From: a virus
Direction: 5' to 3' (one strand)
DNA length: 64,000 nt
IMG/VR virus record: IMGVR_UViG_3300024346_000045
Coordinates: 7,776-71,775 of that record
A program made the position numbers and the translations under genes. Below the pieces are notes generated by a model. It had not been told where the DNA came from. It saw only the letters and a program-made list of their open reading frames with translations, and ran no database searches. This document shows, piece by piece, positions 10,093 to 22,000 of the stretch. The first letter of the stretch is position 1; each line of letters begins with the position of its first letter.

Positions 10093-13000
10093 TGGCATAT
10101 AATAAAGATCAGAACGAACCAAAAGTTCCAACATCTAATGTAGAAAAAAGAGAAAGTGCAAATTTATTACCTAGATTTTATAGAACTAAAAGTAATAAAA
10201 AGTTTCTACAGGCAACTGTTGATCAGTTAAATCAACCCGGCACAGTTAAGAAATTAAACGGTTATATTGGCAGACAAAATGCTAAAGCGGTTGCAAATTC
10301 TGATATATTTTTATCTGCGGTAGATAAGATTAGACAAGATTATCAATTTGAACCGGCAGCACTTGTTCAGGATTACTTAGGTAATACTACTTTCTTTAAA
10401 GATTATATCGACCATACTCATCATATTGATGTATTTGACGGCATAGCAAATAATCATAATAGAATGAACAAACAAGAATTTTATTCTTGGAATCCACATA
10501 TTTGTTGGGATAAGTTTGTTAATTATCAGCAGTACTATTGGCTACCTTTCGGTCCGTCAGGAATAGAAGTATTAGGACAACAAAAAGAAATTACAAGTAC
10601 CTACACGGTGCGAGGAGTTGACGAATCGGATAACGTTGCTTATTTGTTTACACCGAACGGATTAACACGTAACCCCACCTTGCGATTATTTAGAGGCCAG
10701 ACTTATATTTTTGATATTGAGGCTGAAGGGCATCCGTTTAGTATCAAGACTAGCAGAGTTAGTGGGACATTAGATAGATATACCGAAGGCGTTGATGCAT
10801 TTGCTGTAGAATCAGGAAAAATTACTTTTACTATTCCTGTAGATGCTCCTGATATTTTATTTTACGTAAGTGAAAATTCTGCAGACACCGGCGGTGTTTT
10901 TTATATTTTAGACATTAAAGAAAATACTGAAATTGATTTAGCAACTGATCTATTAGGTAAAAAAACTTATACTATTCCTAACGGAACAGCTGAAGGCCTT
11001 TCAATCAGTAACGGTATGAAATTACAGTTCGGCGGCGAAGTTACCCCCGCTCAATATGCAGAAGGATTTTGGTATGTTGAAGGCGTTGGTACAGCAATTA
11101 CACTTGTAAACGAACGAGATTTAGAAGTAAGAACAAGTTTTAATCAAGAAACAAATATTTTATTCGACGATGCACCCTTTGACCAATTACCATTTGGCGA
11201 CTTGAGTTCTTTACCGAGTAAAAAAGATTATATAACTATTAATCGTGCTAGCCCTGATAAAAATGCATGGAGCCGATATAATAGATGGTTCCACTATGAT
11301 GTTATTGTTGCTTCTGCAAAAGCAAATGGCGTAGAAGCTGAAATAGATCAATCTGCAAGAGCCATTAGACCTATTATAGAATTTGTTGCAGGATTAAAAT
11401 TATTTAATCAAGGTATTAAATCTAAAAATAATATTGATGTTATTGATAATTTTACAACTGATGCTTTTTCAATAGTTGAAGGAAGTTTAGGTTACAATGT
11501 TGACGGCATCGATTTAGCTCATGGCATGAGAATTATTTTTAATTCCGATACTGATTCGTTTGTTAAAGGTAAAATTTTTAAAGTTAATTTTATTGAAATA
11601 ATTCCTCCGCAGAGAGAAATTCAATTTGATGCAACACTTGCAGTAGATATAGCATCAGATGTTTTTACGTTTACAACTGAACATGGTTTAACGACTGGTA
11701 ATAGAGTTACATATATTGCCAATGACACTGGCGCAATTTCTGGTTTAGTTAATCGACAAGTATATTATGTTAGCGTTATTGACACTTTTAGAATTAAGTT
11801 ATATACTAATCCTAGCTTAACTAAACTAGTAGATATCTTTAATACTGGAACAGGAACGCACCGATTTGAATTGTTCACCGGAGTTAGACGTCAGATTAAT
11901 CTAGTAGAAGAGCCTGATTCGATTCCAGAAAAGTTTGATACTGTTACAGTGAACTACGGCACATCAGATTATATAACAACAACATTGCAAGGCAACCAGG
12001 GTCAGACGTATTGGTTTAATGGAGAGCAATGGAAATTATCTCAATTAAAAAATAATGTCAATCAACCACCGCTCTTTGATTTATTTGACAGCAAACAGGT
12101 AAGTTTTGGTGATAGTTCAGTTAATAATTACGAAGGTAGTAGCTTTACGGGTACTAAACTTTTTAGTTATAAAGTTGGAACAGGTTCGGCTGATTCAGAG
12201 TTAGGATTTGCACTATCTTATCAGAATATTAATAACATTGGCGATATTGTATTTGAATTTAATTTATTAAAAGACACATTTACATATAAAAAAGGTGTTG
12301 ACATTTTAACACTTAATACTGATATTGGGTATTTGCAACTAACAGATGAAAATAATATTTCTACTTTTTCTAATGGGTGGGTGTTAAACTCTTTAGATAT
12401 AACTCAACCGGTTATTAGAATTTTTAATGGCATAGATGCTATTCCTAAATCTGCAGACACTTCTAAGAAGTATGTCGGCGATAACGGTGTTGAATATTAT
12501 TTTAATGCTGCTTTAAATTCTTGGTATCCTCGAAACTTTTATATCGACGTGTTCGATAATGTAAATTTGTTAAGTGATTTAGAAGTTAGAGTGTACCTAA
12601 ATGGAAAACGTTGGAATAAATCTAATTTTATAGTTAAGGATGGCACAACTAAGAAATACGTTGAATTTTTAGGAAATGCAAATGTGACTGATGTAGTTAC
12701 ATTGAAATGTTTCTCAGCTCAACCTAAAAACTCTAATGGCTATTATGAGTTACCAATTAATTTACAAAACAATCCTCTCAACGATAACATTGTACAATTC
12801 ACGTTGGGAGAAGTAATCGACCACGTTGATAGTATTATCGATAATATTCAAGAATTTAATGGAATATTTCCCGGCACTGGAAACTTAAGAGATCTCGGAG
12901 GGTTATCGAGCAAAGGTGTGAAATTTGTTCAACACAGCGGTCCTTTAAACCTTAGTTTATATCATTTAGGGTCTAAGGAAGCTAACATTATTAAAGCATT

Positions 13001-16000
13001 AGATGCTGCAAGGAATGACTACGGGCAGTTTAAGAGAGCATTTATAATTGCTGCAACAGAAAGTGGAATTGATACCGATCCTCGACGACACGTCGATGCA
13101 GTGTTGCAATCTATGGTAAAGGACAAACCTAAATCTAGTCCTTACTATCTAAGCGATATGTTTGGTTATACTGCGTATAACCGTATTGCGTATACAGTCC
13201 TTGACTATAGAATAAAAACATATCCGCTAACAACACATTTTGATCTGACATCGTTATCTAATAAATCAGTCAATATCTACTTAAATGGAACACATTTATT
13301 ATATGGTAGAGACTACATTTTTGGTGATGATGTATTTGTAGAGTTACTTGTAGAGTTAGCAGAAGGCGACTCGATTGAAGCAATTGAGTACGAATCTACT
13401 GACGGTTGCTATTGCCCGCCTACTCCAACTAAACTCGGATTGTTTCCAAAATTTGAACCTAAAAAATATATCGACGACACATATACCGAACCTCGAGAAG
13501 TAATTCAAGGGCACGATGGAAGTATAACAGTTGCGTTTGGTGATTATAGGGACGATCTAATATTAGAGTTAGAAACTCGAATTTTTAATAATATTAAAGT
13601 TAACTACGATCCTACTATTTTTGATATTTTTAATTTTGTTCCAGGGTATAATAGACAAACTGCATATTCTAAAAGCGAAACGGATCAGATACTTTCTAAG
13701 TATTTTTTCCAATGGACTACTAACATACAACAAGATTATACAAAGCATTACGGGTACGATCAATTAAATGCTTTTACCTATAACTATCGAGGAAATTATA
13801 CTCCAGATAAGAAAGATGTCCCTGCTGCATGGCGAGGAATCTATAAATGGTTACTAGATACAGATAGACCTCACACACATCCTTGGGAATGTTTAGGATT
13901 GAGCGTAGAGCCGTTATGGTGGCAAGAAGTATACGGCCCAGCACCTTATACTAGCGATAACTTAATGTTATGGGATGATTTAAAAGAAGGCATTGTAAGA
14001 CAGCCAAGTGTACCCGTTCGTAGAAATGCTAAGTTTGCAAAACCAATTTTAAATAATGGGTTGCCTGTAGACGATCAAGGTAAGTTATTAAGTCCGTACG
14101 ACTCGGAAATGGTTACCGGCAACATTTTAAGAGGCGATGGCGGCTATTTTGTTTTTGGAGATCACAGTGTAGTTGAAACTGCTTGGAGACGATCTAGTTA
14201 TTACCCATTTGCTTTAATCACATCTGCGTTATTAATGCAACCGAGTTATGTTTTAGGTTCTTGCCTGGATAGAAGTAGGATTACAAGAGAAGTAAACGGA
14301 CATTTAGTTTATTCTGAAACAGGATTACGAATTCGATTAGCAGATATTGTCCTGCCTTCTACTTATACTAGAAATAGTACAGAAAGAACTTATACTTGCG
14401 GATTAGTAAATTATATTATTGATTATTTAACTAGTGAAAATACAACTAGAATTGATACATACGCTACTGAATTAGCAACTTTAACAAATAAAGTTTCAAG
14501 TCGACTAGGTGCATTTACAAATAAAGAAAAATATAAAATTTTATTAGATAGCAAAACTCCTAGTAGTTCTGGCGGTATATTTGTACCTGAAGAAAATTAT
14601 TTCGTCGACCTAAATTCGAGTAGTGCAGTTAAAAAAGTAATTTATAGCGGCGTTATAATTACAAAATACGAAGACGGATTTGAAATTAGAGGATACAATT
14701 TTGATAATCCTTACTTTGTTTATTTGCCATCGTTAATGGATAATCGAGTAATCAAGGTTGGCGGAATTAGTGAAAGTTATATTAATTGGAATTCTAATCA
14801 AGTTTATGTTGCAGGTAAACTAGTTAAAGCAAATAATCAATATTACAGAGTAAAAATAAACCACACTTCGGGTCAAGTATTCGATTCTAATTATTATGCA
14901 AGACTTCCAGAGTTGCCTACACAAGGCGGCCGAGAAGTTATGTTAAGAAAAACTTTTGACAATACAGATCCTCGTACACTAGCATACGGAACAAAGTTAT
15001 ATACAATTCAAGATGTTGCAGATTTTTTACAAGGGTATGGTGCGTATCTTGAAGCTGAAGGATTCGTGTTTGATGACTTTAATAACGAATTAGCAACTAT
15101 TACAAATTGGGAAACTTCTGTAAAAGAGTTTATGTTCTGGACGACACAAAATTGGGATCCAGGTGCAGTACTAAGTTTAAGCCCCGCAGCTAACAAGTTA
15201 ATGTTTAATGCTACTAATTCAGTAGTCGACGACTTGTTAAACACATTCCACGGATATAGTATTTTTAAAGTTGACGGACAAAAATTAGATCCAGAGTTTA
15301 TTGAAGTATATCGATCAGGATCTAATTTTGTATTAGAGCCTGTTAATACTAATCATGGCATTTACGGTGCAGTATTATATCTTGTACAAAAAGAACATAT
15401 TGTAGTTATTGATAATAAAACATTATTCAATGACACCATTTATGATAAGGAAGCAGGGTACAAACAAGATCGAGTTAAAATTATAGGTTATGTAACTAGT
15501 AACTGGAATGGAGGTTTTGAGATTCCTGGTTTTATTTACGACAGAGCTATTATTTCTGCATGGGAATCTTGGACTGATTATACGTTAGGTACTATCGTTA
15601 AACATAAAGAATTTTACTATTCTGCTAACAAAACTTTAGTAGGTACACAAGACTTTAATAACAACGACTGGGAATTGTTAACATCTAAACCAGTTGCTAA
15701 ACTTTTACCTAACTTAGATTATCGCGCAGAGCAGTTTACAGACTTTTATGACTTAGATACTGACAATCTAGATTCAAGTCAACAAAAGATTGCTCAACAT
15801 TTAATTGGATACCAAAAACGCCAGTACCTTGAAAATATTATACAAAATGATGTAAGTCAATATAAATTTTATCAAGGAATGATTATTGAAAAAGGTACAC
15901 AAAATGTACTTAATAAATTATTCGATGTACTAAGTGCAGACGGTAAAGAAAGTTTAACATTTGATGAAGAATGGGCATTTAGGGTAGGTGAATATGGTGC

Positions 16001-19000
16001 AGTTGATACATTCGACGAAATTGAATTTAAACTAGACGAAAGCCAGTTTAAAGTGAACCCTCAGCCTATAGAATTAGTTGATCGAATTGATCCTAATTTA
16101 GTCGACTTTGTATATAGACAACGTCCTAGCGATGTCTACATTAAGCCTATTAATTATACTAATGACGTATGGCCAACTACAACTAAGCGAAACTTTTTGA
16201 GAACACCTGGGTATGTAAGAAAAGACAATGTTAATTTAAATTTAAATTCTCTTAGCGACATTCTATCGGTTAGTATTAATTCGTTAACCGAAGGTGACTA
16301 TATATGGACAACTTCTGAGACGGTAATTAACAGCATAGGGGATAATTGGAATGTATATAGATTTACACAATCTGCATGGCTGATAACGAATGTTACCTAT
16401 GCAGCCGCTGTAGTGACAGTCTCTACTACAGGGTCTTTGAATCTTTTAGTTGGTGATATTGTTGCTATTAAAAATAGCAGCCTAATCGAAGGCTTCCATA
16501 TTGTAACTTCAGTTACGGAAAATACATTTACGTTTACAAAGAAAATTGCAAGCTGGGAAGAGTTCGTTGACCAAGACCTTGTAACATCGTTTGTGTTCAC
16601 TAGCCAACGAGTTGATAATGTTGATAATATGAATTCTGTTATTCCAAACAACATTAAAATTAATGAATTAGTTTGGGCAGATAATGACGGAAACAGCAAA
16701 TGGACGGTCTACGAGAACCAAGGTGTGTATCGAAGAGCTCGAATAACAAACCAAGATCCGGCTGTTGATTTAAATTTTGGATTAGCTACTTCAGTTGACG
16801 AAACCGGAAATATATCTGTAATTTCTGATGATAACAAAGTTACAGTTTATGAAAAAGGTAGTTCGGATAATACATGGTATGCTTCAGATAAAATTTACGA
16901 ACCTACAGGGATTGCAGAATCGTCAGATTTTGGTTCAGTGGTCAAGTTAAGTTTTGATGCAGCTTGGTTAATTGTAGGTGCTCCGAATGCCAATGGCGTT
17001 AAGACTTTAACTTCGGGTACTATATTATCTCCAGGCACACTCACATATACAGATATTTCAACTGGTGGTATTGTACAAGTGACATCAACCGCAGTTAGCA
17101 TTGCGACAGGTACTCCAGTTAGATTGAGTAATACTACGGGATTAACAGGCGTTAATACATCAACTACATATTATGTATACTCTGCATCTTCAAGCACTTT
17201 TAGAATAGCAGCGTCATACAATGATGCAATTTTAGGCAATGGTGTTACAGTGTCTGGTACTCTTATTGGGGTAGGAACAGCGTCGTTCTTGACTACTAAA
17301 ATTACAGGTATTCCTACAACTGCCGAGTTAGTTTCAGGAATGACACTGTCTAAAAATAGCGGAACTGCTAACTTTGGATCTAATCCAGTCATTATTAGTA
17401 TAGATTCACTAACACAAATTACTGTTGGTATAGATGTTGGTTCTAATTTTACTAACGGTACTATAGTATTTACAGCCTCGGGATTCAGCAATCAAGGTTA
17501 TGTCTCGATGTATAGAAGAAATACTAATGGAGAATACGAATCGACTAATATAATTAAAAGTCCGCAGCAAGCCGAAAACGAAACATTCGGTTCTAATATT
17601 GCAATAGGTAAGAAAGAAAATCCAGCAGGGGTATATCCTAGCTTAGTAGGCGATTACATAGGTTCCGGGTACGGCGCAACTTGGATGGTTACTCGTATAG
17701 GATCTAAGTATTCTTTAAAAATTCAATCTAGGGGTTTAGCATACCAACCAGGCGACCAAATTACAATAGTCGGAAGTTCACTTGGCGGCATTGCTGGAAT
17801 ACACGATCTTACTATTACAATAGTTTCAGTTAATGCAGCATTAGGCACAATAGAAAATTTTGTATTCGAAGGTGTCGGATTAAGTGACAACTATTTTATG
17901 GCAGTTTCAGCAACTGGGTATAGTTCGTCAACTGGCAGAGTTTACATTTATAAATGGGACGAGCAAGACGGTTGGGTATATTTAGAATACTTAACTAGTA
18001 TATCTGGTGCAGGCGAGTTGTTTGGATATGATACCGCAGTTTCCGGGGATGCTACACAACTGATAGTGTCAGCTCCTCAAGCCGACGCAGGATACGGAAA
18101 AGTATTTGTTTACCAACTCGGGAACGATACGTATGAACTAGTGTCAATAATGACAGAAGATTTTTCTTCTATTGAATTAGAAATGCCTAGCGGATCAACA
18201 CCATACGATGTTCAATACGGGCAAAGCATTGCAATTTCTAAATCTGGAACTTACATAGCAGTCGGTGCAAACTTATTAGATGCTAATAATAAAGCAGATT
18301 CTGGTAGAGTATTTGTTTATACAAACATAAACAACGAAATTACATTACACCAACAAATTACAAGTAGACGTGGAGTGCCTTACGAAAAATTTGGTAGCGA
18401 TGTTGAATTTATGAATGACGACGAGACATTAGTTATCATGTCGGGCATTCATAACGAAACAGGTGATACAACATTTGATAATAACGAAACAACATTCGAT
18501 AGTTCTGCAACCAGCATCTCTACAATGATGAGCGTAATTGATGTGTATGACAAATATAATACTAAATTTATCTATGGAGAAACACCGCCTAACAGCAGTT
18601 TAAGAGAAACAGCATTTGGCAATTCTATTTCTGTCGGTAATAATACTATTTTAATTGCAGCTAAATTAGAAACAGACAGTATGTTTGCCAATTCGGGCGC
18701 AGTCTACTCTTATGTAAAAACTGCAAATACTGTTAGTTGGAAAATTAAGCATCAACAGTTACCTAAGATTGATGTGCAAAAAATTAAAAAAGCATTTTTA
18801 TACAATTCGGTAACAAATACGATTGTAAAATATCTAGATGTTGTCAGTCCTATTTTAGGAAATATCCCGGGATTAGCAGACCAAGAGATTAAGTATAAAA
18901 CATTTTTTGATCCTGCAACCTATTACGCAGGTACTGAAATTGTTAACGTCGATGCGGGAATGGCCTGGACATCGAAGCAAGTTGGACACTTATGGTGGGA

Positions 19001-22000
19001 TTTAACTAATGCTAAATTTGTAGATCCTCATAGCGGCGACGTCGTTTACAGATCGTCAGTTTGGAATACATTATACGATACTGCTAGTATCGATGTTTAC
19101 GAATGGGTTGAGTCTAAGTATCTACCGAGCGAATGGAATAAACTTGCAGATACACAAAAAGGCCTTGCATCTAACATCAGCGGACAAACAAAATATGACG
19201 ATACAGTTTATAGTGTTAAAAAACGTTATGATTCAATCAGTAAAACTTTTAAAGAAACTTATTATTTCTGGGTTAAGAGTAAAAAAACAGTTCCAAATGT
19301 TGAGGGTCGTAGTTTAACTGCATACGACATTGCAAATCTAATTGCAGATCCTTTAGGCTACGGATATAGTTGTATAGCATTAACAGGGACTAATAGTTTT
19401 AGTTTAGTTAATTGCGAAAAATATTTAGAAGGCACTAATGTCATTTTAAATGTTGAATACTGGACTAATACTAATACTGCTAATAATTTACACAGACAAT
19501 GGAAACTATTAAGCACTAATAGAAATACTGTAATTCCTTCTGAGCTAGAGAAAAAATGGATTCACAGTTTAGTTGGTAAAGATGATAATGATCGTGTAGT
19601 TCCTGATACAGCGCTTCCAGCAAAACGTCGATACGGAATTGAATTTAGACCTCGACAAAGTATGTTTGTTAACAGAGTTGAAGCGGTAAAACAATTCATT
19701 GAGCGAGTTAATTTAACACTATCAACTAAGTTGATTGTTGACGATTATAATTTATCACCGTTAGCTTCGTATGAAGTAGAGCCGTCAACTGTTTCCGGGG
19801 CATGGGATACAACAATTGATACTGAGCTAGAATTAAAATTTGTACCAACTGCAATATTACAACCTGCTGCCTTTACTCCTATTATTGTTGATGGTAGAAT
19901 CATCGGAGTAACAATTTTACGTTCAGGCACTGGATATGGTAGACTTCGTGCATATAAAGTAGATGAAGATAACGATCCAATATTATGGTATGGTCCAGAC
20001 TTGTCAATATACGGTTCTGGAATTAATGCACATATTAAAACAGTTATCAATTCGATCGGAGAAGTCGTAGAGTGTGTAATAGAAAATTCCGGCGAAGGAT
20101 ACAACGACGAAACTCGAATCAACATTCGAAATTTCTCTGTGCTGGTAAAAAGCGATAGTACAGCATTAGACTCGTGGAGCATCTATGCTTGGGATTTTAT
20201 TTCGTTAACATGGAATAAAATTAGAAGTCAGTCGTTTAATGTTACAAGATATTGGAAGTACGTTGATTGGTATGAAGCTGGATATAATCAATTTGTAAAA
20301 ATTGATCATCTTGTAGAAAACACATACGAGTTAATAACATCAAGCATTGCAGTTGGTAATGTTGCAAAAGTTAAAAATATCGGGTCTGGCGGATGGTTGT
20401 TGTTAGAAAAGATAGCCGATGTTCAGACAATTGATTATACTGTTAATTTTAAAGTTATTGGTAGAGAGAATGGAACAATTGAATTTTTACCTACCTTGTA
20501 CAATTTTTCCTCTAGTGTGATCGGATACGACGGCCCGTTATTTGATTCTGACTTGTTCGATAACAGCCCGTCTAAAGAACTAAGAATTATTATTGATACA
20601 GTTAAAAACAACATTCTTGTTGACGAATACAAAGTTGATTACTTAGGATTATTTTTTGCTAGTATACGATATGCTGTGCAAGAGCAAACACTAATAGACT
20701 GGGCATTTAAAACTAGTTTTGTTAAAGCTCAACACAACGTCGGCGAGTTAAAACAAAAAATAACTTACAATAATGACAATTTGGAATTTTTTGAACAATA
20801 CATTAAAGAAGTTAAACCTTACAGAACTAAGGTTAGAGAATACGTGAGCAATTACAACACATTGGAATATTCTCGTACATCTGTTTCAGACTTTGACTTG
20901 TTACCAATCATCGACGATAACTCGCAAGTTATTCCGTTGTCAGTTAAAGTCAATGACAACGGAGAAATTGTAACAGGGTATACCGAAATTGACAACGATC
21001 CTTGGGTAAGTTGGAAAAATGAATTAGGGTTTACTATTACTTCTTTACAAATTGTCGACGGCGGCTCTGGCTATTTAACAACCCCTGTGGTTGAAATCAT
21101 CGGAACTCAGTTAGACGGCGGTACACCTGCTATAGCTAAAGCATATATTACCAACGGGGTTGTTAATAGGGTGCAGATAGTATCTGGTGGAACACGTTGG
21201 GCCTCTGCTCCGACAGTAACAATAAAAGGCGGATTAGCACCGACAGGCACTCCAGCTCGTGTAGTTGCAATTATTGGTAACTCTGTTCCTCGAACTAATT
21301 TTGTAAAAATGAAATTTGATAGAATTTCTAAAGTCTATGAGATTTTAAATTTAACAGAAATTGAAAACTTTATAGGTTCTGGATCGAAGACGCAATACGC
21401 ATTGAAATGGAGCCCTGAGATTGTAATTGGTACTAGTTATGTAACAGTTAATGGCGCTGAAATTTTACGAGACGACTATACATTATCAACGATTGTGTCA
21501 ACTAGTAAAGGATTTACTAGTTATACTGGTATGTTAACTTTTAAAGAAGCACCAGCAGCTAACGCATCAATTTTAATTGAGTATAACAAAGATTATAATC
21601 ACTTGTCTGCAACTGATCGAATTAATTTTTATTATGATCCTGTAACAGGACAACTAGGTAAAGATTTATCACAGTTAATGACTGGTATTGATTATGGCGG
21701 TGTATCTATAACTGGAATCGGACTTGGCATTAACGTTGGCTGGGACGCTCTACCTTGGTTTACGGATGCATGGGATAATGTAGATTCTGAGTTTGAAGAT
21801 TATATTGTGTCGGTATCAGGACCCACTACCGATTTTAGAATGCCATACGTTCCTGCATTAGGGCAAAATATTAATGTATATATTTCTAGATATGTTGGTG
21901 GAGAATATCAACCTTCTGTTCGAATTGACGATCTAAATTTTGCAACCATTAATCAAACTAACAACAACGCATTGATGACAACATTTGTCGGCGACGGTGA

